A DNA stretch of 64,000 nt from Octopus bimaculoides (Eukaryota), in contig NC_069001.1 of the NCBI RefSeq assembly GCF_001194135.2, positions 25,655,674 through 25,719,673 of the forward strand, in the 5' to 3' direction. Positions within the stretch are counted from its first letter, which is position 1, and the number at the start of each line of letters is the position of its first letter. This document shows positions 1-13,010 of the stretch, in pieces. The translations under genes and the position numbers were made by a program. The notes under the pieces are model-generated. The model did no database searches. It was given only the letters and a program-made list of their open reading frames with translations, and was not told where the DNA came from.

Positions 1-170
1 TGTTTGTTCGCCAGTGTTTGTCCCCTCATCACCGCTTGTCCAAACCGTAACTTAACGTTTCGCCAAAGAGACCATAGGATAAGTACTAGGATCACAAATA
101 ATAAATCATGGGATCGATGTGTTGGGCTAAAGGCAGTGTTCCAGCATGGCTGTAGTGAAATAACTGGAGG
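1..170 (+). mobile_element. 3' half of tRNA-derived SINE family A
   Basis: Matches the post-microsatellite half of the copy at 2571-2972 (cgcttg..cc.taactta.cg.ttcg.caaa.gagacc.ata..ataagtactagg ... cagcatggc). Confidence 0.75.
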
Positions 171-524
171 AAAGAAAAGAATGAAAGAAGGATCCTTCTG
201 ATTTGGCGGACACCATTTTTTATTTTGTGTGTTTTCTACCGAAATACTTTAAAACTTCGTATACTTGTATATTTTGTCTTATAGAACAGAGAAAAATGTT
301 TATATTCGAAGTTATTTCATGTTACAAGTTGTTGTATTTCGGTAAATTCAACCAATCACTGACGTCTATTCAGCTGAATACAGTTACTGCTGTGGAGTGT
401 AAACAACACATCGTGACGGTGTAATGGGATCTTTTCTCTTGAATAAAATTGGTGTCGTTGTTTGTCAACAATAACTATCGGCGGTACTGGTATTTATGAC
501 ATCGTTCGTGCGTTTGTTCGGGTT

Positions 525-871
525 TTAGAGTTAGGGTCTTAGGGTTAGGGTTATAAAGATTTTTGCCAAATTTGGTGAAAAATTTGTGGCGGTGTATTGA
601 ACAGTTGGAGTAGGTGATATTATCACATCACCTCCTTTTTTCATCCGTTTAAAATATTCCTGTAGCACACCTACAGGAATATAAATGTTTTCGGTTGCCA
701 CTGCGGCAACCGCCGAAAACTTTTTCCCATTGTTGGCATAAGTGCCAACTTCATCGTTGCTTTCTGTAAAAGCATACTTCTCGTGTATAATTTCAACAGA
801 CATGGTTGAAATTAATAACAATATCCAGATAATAAATTAAATAAATTGGTTTCCCACAAAACTGGGAAACC
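525..871. repeat. Unclassified hairpin-rich segment with a short internal TTAGGG run
   Basis: ttagag-ttaggg-tc-ttaggg-ttaggg-tta at 525-553. Perfect stems at 654-665/671-682 (12 bp), 692-699/705-712 (8 bp), 848-856/863-871 (9 bp) and 614-619/621-626. Confidence 0.55.
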
Positions 872-2570
872 TATAAAAAGTTTTTCCTCTCAAAGAGGAC
901 AGCAATTTTCAAAACTACACAGCACAGTTCAAATCCCACTCCCGTTGGGGAGGAGGGGTACAAAAATAGTTTTAAAAGACTATTACTATTCAAAAACGTT
1001 ATTTACACACACACACACACACACACACAAAAAAAAAAAAAAAGCCACAACGGCCAAAGTTCAATTTTTTTTTTTTTTTACGAATATGTCAAATTATTCT
1101 CCGGTAAGACCAGGGAATAAATCAGTTCAACGACGTTCAAAGGTAACTCCTTTTTTCAAGAGTAACACATTCAAAAGGTAATAACAATAAAACAGCAACA
1201 ATGAAGCAATAACAACAGCAAAAACTTTTACCACGAGGAAAGACGCGTAAGGTAAGCGAGCTACTTGTCAAACAGCCGTTCCTGCACTCTCTTCATATAA
1301 CTCAGCGTATAATGTAAAATTATATTATTATATTTATTTTATAATCTTTCATATTTTATATTAGATATCTTTATATATTTACTTATAGTTTTATATACTT
1401 TCATAGTGTTTATAATTTATTTTATTATTTTCTTGAACAATTTTAAAGGTTTTTATATAATTCACTGTATATGTGAATTCTTATTTTATTATATTTTTTA
1501 AACATGCTATATATTCGTTAAGTGCTTATATACCCAAATTTGTTTAAACATTATATCTGAACCTACCTCCATATACAATTGAAACGTCACTAATTTAATT
1601 ACCCCAATTACCCTTTCTTACGATAACTTATATTTATCGACCTGTAATGAAGCGAATATTTCTTATATTAGCTTAACGTATAGTATAAGTTCCTATTTAT
1701 ATAATTTTATTTCGTTATACATTTATTATAGAATATTTTTACCATGATCTTCTATACACTATGTTTATGAAAAGTCTTAATATATTGTTTCTTATATATT
1801 AAAATATCCCATTATTAAATTTTAGATGTAATTTCTAACATTCTTCTATATACTGATTTAAATTTTCTCGCTTTAACATTACAAATCTGCTAAGATGTAA
1901 TATACTACCTCCCTTATTCTCCATTTTTAAATTCCACCCCTGCATTTATATTACTTATCCCTTTGGTTTTTCATTATCTTCCCCTCTAATATGATAAACT
2001 AAGTATTTGCCCTTGCTATCCTTCCTTCTTCCAATTATCAACCCTTCCCCATCAGCATTCCCCTATAACAACCCCTTGCTCTACCCTTTTGTGTAGACAA
2101 ATCTGGATATAATGTTCCAATATATTGAAGGTTTAGTAGATTCGCTGACGTTAATTTTTAGTTTAGTAGATTCTCTGACGGTAACTAGAATACAGCTCAT
2201 GGATCTGATTTTAGATGGCTGAAGACTACATTCTACATATTCTCTTGCAAGTCTATGCAGCAAGGTCATCACTGCTTTTCTCGGTAACCCCATTATTTCC
2301 TCTGCTACCTTATAAATTATAGAAAACTCGACAAGGTATACATCACTTTCTAAATTCATTCTGCCAGCGATATCACAGCAGAAACAATGTAAATATTTTA
2401 AGTTCCATTCTTGATGTGAAAATATTAAAGCAGAAGTTTTATCCTATATGTCTGAATTGTATGCGGTCATCTGACGTGGATGGCATCTTTCAAATGATGA
2501 AATGTTTTCATTAATCAAAAAAGTCGCTTGAAAGGGCTACAAGGGATTGACATCTGTAAAGCTTCCTTAC

Positions 2571-2972
2571 TGTGGCTGTGTGGTAAGAATCTTGCTTCCC
2601 AACATGTTTCCGTGTTCAGTCCCACTGCGTGGCACCTTTGGCTAGTGTCTTCTACTATAGCCACGGGCCGACCAAAGACTTGTGAGTTGATTTGGTAGAC
2701 GGAAACTGAAAAAGCTCGTCGGATATATATATATATATATATATATATGTGTATATATATATATATGTTTGTGTGCGTGTGTTCGTGCCCCAGCCATCGC
2801 TTGACAACCGACATTGGTGTAGTTATGTCCCCGTAACTTAGCGGTTCGGCAAAAGTGACCGATAAAATAAGTACTAGGCTGACAAAGAATAAGTCCTGAG
2901 TTGATTTGTTTGACTAAAGGTGGTGACCCATCACGACTGCGGTGAAATGGCAGAAACAAGTAAAAGAGTAAA
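2571..2972 (+). mobile_element. SINE family A, full-length, with internal (TA)n/(TG)n microsatellite
   Basis: tRNA-like head (tgtggctgtgtggtaaga..; gttcagtccc), 5' body, microsatellite, then 3' body ending gaaacaagtaaaagag. Homologous copies occur elsewhere in the window. Confidence 0.85.
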
Positions 2973-3008
2973 ATTGTGTATATATATAAAATCCGTGTTG
3001 CTTTTATG

Positions 3009-3046
<38 letters not shown>

Positions 3047-3085
3047 ACAGGAAGGACAACAAAAGAAAGGTATATATATATATAA

Positions 3086-3223
3086 GCGTGGCTGTGCGGT
3101 AAGCAGTTTGTTTTCCAATCATATGGTTCCGGGTTCAGTCACGCTGTGTGGCCTCTTGTCACCTACTATAGCCTAGGGTCGACCAAATCCTTGTGAGTAG
3201 ACAGATAATGAAAGAAGCTCATC

Positions 3224-3264
<41 letters not shown>

Positions 3265-3808
3265 CATGTACCTTAATCCCCTGAGATTGCAGATAATATT
3301 TCTGAATCTCTTTGATTCTTTACATGTGCTGGCCTCCTGATAATTAATCGATATTAATTAATATATGACTAATTACCAGATTTTATAATAATATGTTACC
3401 CATTGCCCATGTTCTCATACTGAATATATAAGACGCAGTAAATATTTTCTGCGGATATATTCCTGGAATTAGCGAAGCAAAACGAAGACTTTTGAATTTT
3501 ACCATTAAGCTGTAATTAGCATAACCATATGCACGCACACCCATGGCGGTTGGCAACTCTGTATACGATTCTGATGATTACGGTTAAATTACAAATCAGG
3601 CTGATGAGGATTAGACAAATGGTAAGAATTTCTTAAATTCGAAACTAGTTCCTGTTTAATAATGCTTTTTCAGGTGATTTTAAATGTCTTGCCCGCTCAC
3701 GTTTTTAGTATGCTGCTATATTTCATGTTGAGAACATTTTAAGTCTTAATAGACACAAGATGTGATCTATTTCTAACGCATTAATTGTCCACGTTAGTGG
3801 TCGACGTT

Positions 3809-3851
<43 letters not shown>

Positions 3852-4080
3852 GCACACACACACATGTATATATATGTGTGTGTATATGTATGTATGTATT
3901 TGAGCTTCTATGTCCCCCCATCGCTTGACAACCGATGTTGGTGTGTTTACGTCCTCGAATTTTAGCGCTTCGACAAAAGAGACCGATAGAACAGGTACTA
4001 GTCCAGGGGTCGATTTGTTCGACTAAAGGTGGTACTCCAACCTGGCCGCAGTCAAATAACTTAAACGTGTAAAAGAGTAA
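3086..4080 (+). mobile_element. SINE family A split by a ~550 bp insertion in its (TA)n tract
   Basis: 5' half at 3086-3226, (TA)n at 3227-3261, unrelated insert at 3262-3814, (TA)n at 3815-3848, 3' half at ~3880-4080. Confidence 0.7.
3594..3657 (+). ncRNA. Minimal type-I hammerhead ribozyme motif (PLE-type)
   Basis: Stem I CAGG(3597-3600)/CCUG(3651-54), core CUGAUGA (3601-07), stem II GGAUU/AAUUC, GAAA, palindromic stem III ACUAGU, GUU cleavage triplet. Confidence 0.7.
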
Positions 4081-4229
4081 CAGAATATATACAAAATTGC
4101 TAACCTAGTGTGGCATCCTATTCCGGACAATGCTACTGACGTTTATAGCCCCAGGAAGACATCTCTTCAAGCTGACTAACGACACATATTCTACCTTCGT
4201 TTAATATTTGCGACCCTACCTCTCACAGT

Positions 4230-4620
4230 GGAGGCTAAATGGCTCAGTGGTTAGGGTAGTGGACTCGCGGTCATAGGATCGCGGTTTCGATTCCCAGACC
4301 GGGCGTTGTGAGTGTTTATTGAGCGAAAACACCTAAAGATCCACGAGGCTCCGGCAGGGGATGGTGGCGAACCCTACTGTACTCTTTCACCACAACTTTC
4401 TCTCACTCTTACTTCCTGTTTCTGTTGTACCTGTAATTCAAAGAGTCAGCCTTGTCACACTGTGTCACGCTGAATATCCCCGAGAACTACGTTAAGGGTA
4501 CACGTGTCTGTTGAGTGCTCAGCCACTTGCACGTTAATTTCACGAGCAGGCAGTTCCGTTGATCGGATCAACTGGAACCCTCGACGTCGTAAGCGACAGA
4601 GTGCCAACAACAACAACAAC
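4230..4620 (+). mobile_element. tRNA-derived SINE family C with (AAC)n tail and target-site duplication
   Basis: A-box-like tggctcagtggttagg, B-box-like ggtttcgattccc, tail gtgcc(aac)5. TSD ctctcacagt at 4220-4229 and 4621-4630. A second copy lies at 54713-55094. Confidence 0.92.
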
Positions 4621-5731
4621 CTCTCACAGTAACTCGAATTTCATAAATACAAGTAATATAATGTGTCTATATCAATGTTATTCGCCTACACTGTAAAATT
4701 TGCTATGCCTAGAATCATTTCCTTCTGGCAATGAGCTCTTCAATCAATTAAATATGCATGCCAATTAATCATTAAATCGTCCTTAAGTTATTCTAATATT
4801 TTACAAATTTTCATAAGATATATTAGTGTTGGAAACTGTACTTTTTTAACAGGTAATGTTTGCTTATGAATTACTTCAAATTCTTTACTTCCATTTAAAA
4901 TAAAACGCATACATATATGTCCCACGGATGAATGCTTGCTCATATTATCGATTGCAGCGTATATACCTCAGCAGAATATTATTTCCCTCCTGCGTGTCAA
5001 GATTTGGCAGATGAATTCGATTACATGTTACTATGGGGGTGTCTTGAGAGAAAAATCTACTTCCAAGAGAATATCACTCCGGGTATATAGAAGAATCCTT
5101 AATTCCACATGCTTTCATCAGTGTTTTGGCACGTTATTGACTAAACCATCTGTGACACTGTGAAAGATTCTCATTCGAAATCCTTTTAACTGACACCGTC
5201 GTTTTCTGATGATGAGACGTGTAACATTCATATTAGTAAAACAAAACTATTGTGCTGCGATATGTGTATATTAGTTAAAGGCAAAACAAGTAGAGGCGAT
5301 TCATAATTGTTTCCTAATGATTAAGTGCTAAAATACGCGGAAGAAATCCATTGATACGTTCTATAGAGAACGCAGAATTCATATCCGATATTGCGTATAT
5401 TGTGTCAAGGAATCTGGAATAAGATCGCTCCAGTAAATGTTAGCAATCAACGCAGTAATTGACTTTCATTTGTAACTTCTTGAAGAAAGATGGTTCACGC
5501 TGATAAATTGAAAGATGTTTATTGTTCCTTCCACTGTGGCATTTTGAAATATAATTCTTCACAAATGTCCATGTATTTCTAAATTTTAGGAAAACAATAG
5601 CATAAAGATTTATTAGAGAAAATTCACGGCCATTGTTCAAGAAAACAAAGGAGTCGCTGAAGAAATCCGGATATTTCGGAGATGTCTCTCATGAATGCAT
5701 ATTATATAGAAGGAAACTTAAACCACGTAAT

Positions 5732-6335
5732 ATTGATGGTGGTAGCAAAACCTTCTCGGACGAGCTATGCTTGATGAAAAGCGACTCATTTACCTAAGTT
5801 TCAAAATCCTTTCCTTCCAAATAGTTGCCTTGTGTCTGCGTTTCTGCCAATTTTGAAATCTGGCCTGGAAGTTGTTTACCGAAAGCGCGTCGAGGATTTT
5901 CTGCGATCCGATCTGGATATCGACAAAGGTGTTAAACCTTTTTGTCTTTGGGAAGAGACAGAAGTCCTCAGGTGCTACATTTGGCAAACCAGTCTGAGGG
6001 AAAAGCGATGACATGCTGTTTTTGGCGAGAAACTCATGAGTGAGTAGAGCTCGATGAAGAATTCACTTTCAGCGAATGTTCTCCCTCAGAAGATTCCAAA
6101 TGTCGCAGTAGAACTATCGATTGGCGGTCGGGCCCCTGGGGACGAATTCTCCATGCACAATACCACATTTCCATGGGTGACGCTTGTGGCAGTTCTTTCA
6201 TATCGCTTATCGTCTTCCAGGGACGATCTTCCGCTTTTGAAGCACCTGTGCTACTCGAAACAAAGCGTACGACCTTTTGCCTCGTCGCTGTATGATTGTG
6301 GAAGCATGCTCGATGTGTTTTTGCGTGTGTCTGTT
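5732..6335 (-). mobile_element. Internally deleted mariner (DD34D) derivative
   Basis: N-terminal YSDEAKGRTLCFE*HRCFKSGRSSLEDD is joined to a C-terminal GIVHGEF.. and PNVAPEDFCLFPK (SPDLAPCDF-like) region. The terminus resembles the 29460-29524 end of the sister copy. Confidence 0.8.
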
Positions 6336-6499
6336 CTGTGTCGATGTGTGTGTGTGTGTGTGTGTGTCCGTGTGTGTGTGTGTGTGTGTGTAACTTTTCG
6401 TTTCCGACGGTCTAATAACTTTTGCGTGTATGAAATAATAATAAAAACAGCAACAATAATCATAATGCTAATAGTAAAAATAATAATAATAATAATAAT

Positions 6500-6946
6500 T
6501 TTCAGATGGATCGTGTAATCGAACACGGTCGGCCGGATATTGTCATATCGAATAAGAGACACAAATAATGTCAGATCATTGACATAGCCATACCAAACGG
6601 CATGGATTTTGTGAGTAAAGAGGTTGAAACAAATCACCAAGTACTCCGAATTGGAAGTGGAAATTGCAAGACTGTATGGAATGCGAGAGGGTAATGTAAA
6701 AATGATACCAGTGGTTATCGGAGCGTTGGGTTCAATCGCACGAAAATTTCGAGACTTCTTAACGAAACTGGAAATCTCATGCAAGTTTGATGTCTAGCAA
6801 ATGCAGCCTTATGGGGCACAGTGCACATATTAAGGAAAGTATTAGCTGCCTGAGGTTCTTGTGATTTGACAGACGATTAAAGACTATGGTGCATTTTTAC
6901 CTACACTCTGTTAGGAAAGAATAATAATAATAATAATAATAATAAT
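6500..6946 (+). mobile_element. 5'-truncated R4/Dong-clade non-LTR retrotransposon (RLE domain + 3' UTR) flanked by (AAT)n
   Basis: Translates FQMDRVIEHGRPDIVISNK..CQIIDIAIP..ITKYSELEVEIARL..IPVVIGALG..HILRKVL* (PD-D-K restriction-like endonuclease). (AAT)n lies on both sides. Confidence 0.88.
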
Positions 6947-7289
6947 TGCTGAACAACGCAGAGAGTTTATGATAGAACCGAAGCAGAAGATACTGAATAA
7001 GCTCGTTGTTGCAAGGCATGCAAATATGCATAATGGAGAACCACTTCATAAACTCGCAAATACAAACTAAAATGATAAAGAAAAATGGCAATTATGTAAC
7101 AAAAGAAATCATACAAGAATAAAAGCCTAATCTTCTGAATTAAATTAAATTTCTTTCAAGACAATTGAAAGACAATCAGTTCCGCATGGATTGGTAATAA
7201 AAAGGCGTTTGACAGTATACCGCATTCATGGATCTTGAAATCGCTAGATATCTTCAAAATTTCTCCGGTAATTTCAAACATCCTGAAAC

Positions 7290-8675
7290 ACATTTTCAGC
7301 GTGGAATACGAATCTCCACTTATATCAATCTAATGGAGCCCTGACAACAATCAATATAGAGGCTTTCCTGTATCAGGAGGGCCATATCACTATCATTCCC
7401 CTCGCCACTTATTTTAGCCCTTATATGCTTCGCATATGGCCCTTCTTTTTTAGTGTATACCGTTTATACTTATTGAATTATTTGAGGACGACTTCCAAGT
7501 AGCAATGATCAATAGTATCGAACGCTTTCGATGGACCCAAACTGAACACAGCAGTTTCGAAGCCAGCATTGTTCCCAGCTCTCTATATGATGTGTCGCAT
7601 AGGGTGGAGGTTGTCGAGGGTAGACTTGCTTGGGATTGCGCTCGTTTATGCTTCTACGACCAGGCACCGACGACAAACGCCAGCTTTTTCGCTCACTCCT
7701 TGGCCAAAATCTTAAACTCTGTGTTTAGCAGAGTTATGGGCCGAAAATTCTCTAGCATACCCCTATTGTTGGCGTCATTCCTCATCAAATCTCCGCTAAC
7801 AACACTAAGAATTCTCCCGTTCTGTCGTTAGTTGCGGTAGACATGTGCCAAGAGGTCGCCAAAACACATCTGGCATCAATACATAGAATTCGTAGGGCAG
7901 ACCATCCAACCCGATCTGAGGGCGATCTGAGGCTTGTGTCAATAGCTCATAACATCCCAAATTTCAGCAGCCGTTACCTGATTTTCACAAAACTTCGCGT
8001 CAGCTGCCGAGAGCCGCAGTAAGCTGTCCAGATACAAACTAAAGCCCAGTACTGTCGTCGACGTATTGCTCTTTCCAAACAGATACGCGAAGGGCTGCTG
8101 AAAAGCCACACAAATCTACGCTTTGAACCGCGTAGCACACACCCTTCCCCATCCATCAAAACCTAATTGTGGCTTTGTTTCCACGTCGTATATCCCCGAT
8201 CGAGCCAGAAAAAGAAGAAACATATTGTGAGCAAGTGTAACAAAAACGCAATTAATCTCACATATTGTGAGTGAGCATAACAGTACGCTTTTATCGCTCT
8301 GCCCACACCTCGAGTAGCTCCGACTGACGGCACTTCCGTGCCTGTGGAATTTATCCAGAACCTGCAACGCTTTCCGGTAGCATTGCCAGGCCAGCGATTT
8401 ATGGAAGTTATCGATAGACCCCGGCCTGGAAGTCCTCCAGAAAAGATCGGCCAGTTATTCCTCCAAGAGCCTCCCCAAAGACGTCATCGCACTTATCATG
8501 CCACTAACCCCTTATAGTACGCCAAGATAGAATTTCGACCGACCGCATTGCCCAACTGGTGGAGGACTAAGTCGGCTTGTTGGAACTCAAAGTGCCATTT
8601 GCCCTGCCTCGGTCTCAGCTTGACCCAGGATTGTAACTCCGTTCAAGAGACGAGTTGAGGAAAAGCGACGATGAC
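7290..8675 (-). mobile_element. Decayed L1/Tx1-clade LINE, RT N-terminal part
   Basis: Minus strand gives GLDGLPYEFY, NFRPITLLNTEFKILAK, LDNLHPMRHII and SKAFDTIDHCYL, with stops and frameshifts. Confidence 0.85.
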
Positions 8676-8695
8676 AATAATAATAATGATAATGA

Positions 8696-9046
8696 TATAA
8701 CAATGTATGCGATAAGGAAGCAAGAAAAGTAGAGAGATATGACAGGTTAGTTTGGGAAGTTAAGCAGTTGTGGTCGATGAAATGGGTAGCAGTAGTACCA
8801 ATAATTGTTGGAGCCCTGGGAACAGTGAGCAAAATTCTCAAAAAGTACTTGGAACAAATAGGGGCTGCAATAAGGGTGGAGCACTTGCAGAAAGCAGCGC
8901 TGCTTGGAGCCACTCGAATACTCCGGCAAGTGCCCGAAAAATGAGAGGTGTTACCTTAGTTCGCCTGTAGTGGACAGCTGACACTGTAGTACATCTTCAG
9001 CGTTAGAAGCTGTGAAAAGGCAATAATAATAATAATAATAATAATA
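8696..9046 (+). mobile_element. 5'-truncated R4/Dong fragment with uninterrupted C-terminal frame
   Basis: 8696-8944 is open: DKEARKVERYDRLVWEVKQLWSMK..VVPIIVGALGTVSK..LQKAALLGATRILRQV. It is followed by a 3' UTR and (AAT)8, with an (AAT)-like tract upstream. Confidence 0.88.
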
Positions 9047-9289
9047 GTAATAAGATATAAACTTTGCAATGTATTGTTTTATGAAAATGGTACTAACCTT
9101 CCCACGTGCCAAAGTGGTATGATGAATCAGCTACTATAAAGTCCGACAGCCAGTCGTTGGAGGAAGTCAGAAGTAGTGGAGTCGGTGTACGAGTTCTCAG
9201 TTGGACTCAGTGTTAGTTACATGACATAATGCGAGTTTGAGTTACCGTCAGAGTAAACGTTTCAAAGTCGTTGCCTTGCGGAGCTATCA

Positions 9290-9650
9290 ACAATAGCACA
9301 ATAGACAAGTCAAAGATAATAAGACACGGAATATCGCCAGAACATAATAGTGGCGACAAGAATATTACACTGCCGACAATAACATACAAGTCGATGAGGA
9401 TTCATATTATAACAGAAATCTAATAAATTGAGAAAATGGAGAAATATCAGGAGCCGGTAGAAGAGATAAAGAAATTATAGAAGGCTAAAACCACAATTAT
9501 TCCTGTGGTATTTGGTGCACTTGGCACAAGAGTCAAACTAATACTTGAGAGGCTAAAGTGTATTGAAACTGAGACTAGTAATGCTGACATGTAGCAAATT
9601 TTTTCTTCCAGTTTTCTGCAAGGAAAGATTTGAAAGAAACTTGTCATCAA
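9290..9650 (+). mobile_element. Older degraded R4/Dong RLE fragment
   Basis: EKMEKYQEPVEEIKKL*KAKTTIIPVVFGALGT. Confidence 0.7.
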
Positions 9651-10999
9651 ATCTTAACACAACGTCCCTCCTAACTGTAGAATGTAATACATTTAATAAC
9701 AAAAATGATCTGTGACCTATACAAAACCACATAGAACGGAACTGTGCTAATTTTCATTTTATAATAGAAAACAGACGGTATTCATTTTGTGTGTCGTTGG
9801 GTTTATATTTGGCTACATGGAACATTAGGATTATTGTATACAGTTTATATAGCTACCCACAGACTTCACAATGGTGTATGAATGTCACAAATAACCTTGG
9901 ATGGTAAATCATATCTCACACACTATTTAACTATATTTCATGAGCCGTGCGTGTTTTTATGAATTTACTCATTCTATGTATTTATTTAAAACGTAGCACT
10001 AAACTTAGATAGCTTAGTAGTGTATGAGAATACATAGCCAATCTATCATTATATATGTTGCGATATGCCTAACCGAGGAAACCACTCATATGTCGCCTGG
10101 TTTCAACCTGCACTTAGTCCTTGGGTAATTATAGAGTTAACCATTTATTTGCCAGGGTCGAGATCACGACTTAAAGATAACACTATGTAATCATTTCCTT
10201 CTGCACTCTGTATTGTATAGTACAACTCTGTATTAGTATATACAGGCGGAAGCGGTTCTTCAGGAAGAACTCATGAATCATGTTTTCTTCATTTTCATTT
10301 CAAGTATCATAGTTCCTGTAAAGGTTACTGACAAAGTCATTAAAAAGTATGTGGTATTTGTGTGTGAACTGTTGAAGTATAACAAACATATGATCCACAG
10401 AAAATTATGTAGCTGTGCAATATAATTTTAGTGTGATTTAATTAGACCATTTTATAGGATACACAGCGTAGAATGTTGTGTGAATAGTGAAGTAGATACA
10501 TCCGTACCAGTAAGAAATACGCAACATTTATGACTAATGTACAACGAGCAAAGTAGACTGTGAATGCGAGAAATAAATTTATACTGTATATATAATCATG
10601 TAACATAAATGGCTATAAATAATTGTAAATGTGCATAAACGAAAATGAACGAGATTAAATGAATACGATAGTTTAAAATGAATGGAAGCTACTGAGTGGG
10701 AAAAAATGTTGGAACAGATACTAAAATTGGAATAGATACTAAAATAGATAATAAAATTGGCAAGAAGCGGATACTTAAGTAATTTGATATATAAGTATAA
10801 ATTATAAGAATAGATATCATACAGAGATAACATTTATTTTTTTAATTTTATTTTACCGGAAAATATCATTATATTAAATCTCTCATTGTGCCTGAATACT
10901 TGTTGTTTCATTTTATATATTCCTGCTTTAAAATCTGGTAAGCTATGTGTATGAACTATTTTGTTAGCTTTAAATTTTCGTTTTGTTGGCACCGAAGCA

Positions 11000-11420
11000 T
11001 CATCTTTACTCATCGAATGTAACGATGTAAAGTTCCCTTCGGTCAAGAATGACCATGGGATTGCACCTAGAATGTGCCCTTCTGAGGCACAAGCCCGGAA
11101 AAGGTTGATAGAAGATCAGCTGCCGCTCATGCCTACCACGGAATAGATGTTAAACAAGAGTAATAAAAAAGCCGATTCAGCTTGTATTTTCTTGATCAAG
11201 ACACTTTATTTCCCGTTGCTCCAGTTCACTTAGCTGTAGAAATGAGTTGTGAATACACTGGTGCCAAGATGTATCGGATTTTAGTTTTCCCTTGGATAAT
11301 ATCGGTGTTATAGAGAGGGGAAGCTGGAATGCATGGGCGACTACAAGTCTTCCATATACTACCTTGTCTGGTCTAGTGTTTCCAAGGGTGCAATCATTCC
11401 TTCTTTCTCTTAAGGTGTAA
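11000..11420. mobile_element. Two diverged inverted copies of a SINE/LINE-UTR module plus a CORE-like SINE segment
   Basis: gattgcacc...gaaga.c.g..g.cgc.catgc at 11050-11140 (+) and its reverse complement at 11290-11400. caagacactttatttcccgttgctccagttcacttagctg at ~11195-11235 is shared with the SINEs at 30485 and 32572. Confidence 0.5.
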
Positions 11421-12169
11421 GAGAAAGAAACTGAATTCTCGCAATTATATATGGCAGCTTTCAACTATAAATGGCAGCTTTCAGAAAATGAATTGCTGCA
11501 ACTATATATGGCAACTTTCATTATTTGAAGGTATTCATCCCTTTACAGTCCGGGTGATTCCTGAACGTGACATATCAAGTTTGCTGAAATCGTGGTCATA
11601 GTATAACTTATTATGTTAGCCATCTCATTATATTGCATCTTTCGCTTTTTCGACGGGTGTGCGCGCTTGTACTTGTATGTTTCTCGTAATATATGGGTAA
11701 TTGACTGTTACTGATATATCATTCAACTTCTGCCATTTAAATTCTAAATGGCTGACGACTAGCACATCCTGCTTGAAACCCAAGAATACCATTGAATTTT
11801 AATCAAACTGTTTTGATTCATGCATGTAACTCCCAATAAATTGGTTGAAGGACTTTCTTTAATCTGTTTATATATATATATATATATAAACATATTTATA
11901 TANNNNNNNNNNNNNNNNNNNNNNNNNNNNNNNNNNNNNNNNNNNNNNNNNNNNNNNNNNNNNNNNNNNNNNNNNNNNNNNNNNNNNNNNNNNNNNNNNN
12001 NNATATATATATATATATATATATATATATCATACCCCCACACACGCATATATAGAAATAATTGTTTCAAATAAACAAACAATACACTAACAATGCACAA
12101 GAACTGTATTAGCTTGATGCTTAGCGAAAATAGTTTGTCATTTCGGTTATTGCTTTTCTATAAACATCT

Positions 12170-12588
12170 ATTAATCTATCTATATATATATGTATATTTA
12201 TACACACACACACACATGTATATCTATATTCATATATCTACTTCCCTCCTCGTCACACGTACACACAGGCTCTATATATTTACATATAAGAGAAGGAATT
12301 TCAATTATTGAGCTTGCATGTCTGAATTTGCTGTGTGCTTATATTGTTTCCCAGAAGTGTCAGTGTCTGTGTGGAGCGGCAGATTTAAAGAAGTATTGGC
12401 TATTAAGATAAAAATTAAAATCAACAATGAGAGACAAAAAAAAATTAATCAATCATGATAATAAAAATGTCAAATTTAATTTTTGTATGCATGAACGGAA
12501 AACATATGGAGGGAAACCACATGCCCACACATACGAACACACGTATTTAAATGCACACACACGCACACACTCATATATATGTATGTAG

Positions 12589-12646
<58 letters not shown>

Positions 12647-12756
12647 ATATATATACATTTACATATATATACATTTACAAATATTTATATATACATATAT
12701 ATAAATACATATATATACACATATATGTATGCACACACACACACACGCACACACGC

Positions 12757-12787
<31 letters not shown>

Positions 12788-13010
12788 CATATGTATACAC
12801 AAACATATGCATATACATACATAAATATATAGTATATATGAGTACATCAATTGATATATACATGTGAAAATATAAACATATATATATATAAACCTTTCTC
12901 TATATATCAATATATATAAAAACATATAAATATATAGAGAGAGTGAGATAGATAGATGTGTGTGTGTTTGTATGTGTGAGTCTGTGTGTGTGTGTGTATG
13001 ACAGAGAGAG
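12170..13010. repeat. Compound (TA)n/(CA)n/(TG)n microsatellite block
   Basis: Directly visible; accounts for the many YI/HT pseudo-ORFs. Confidence 0.95.

Noticed and set aside
525-553. TTAGGG run as a telomere or fusion scar
   Set aside because: Only about four imperfect units embedded in a repeat-like segment, with no head-to-head array.
4230-4305. tRNA gene (also the heads at 30660-30734, 55020-55094, 49420-49498)
   Set aside because: No complete acceptor stem, and the sequence continues into a shared SINE body, so these are SINE heads.
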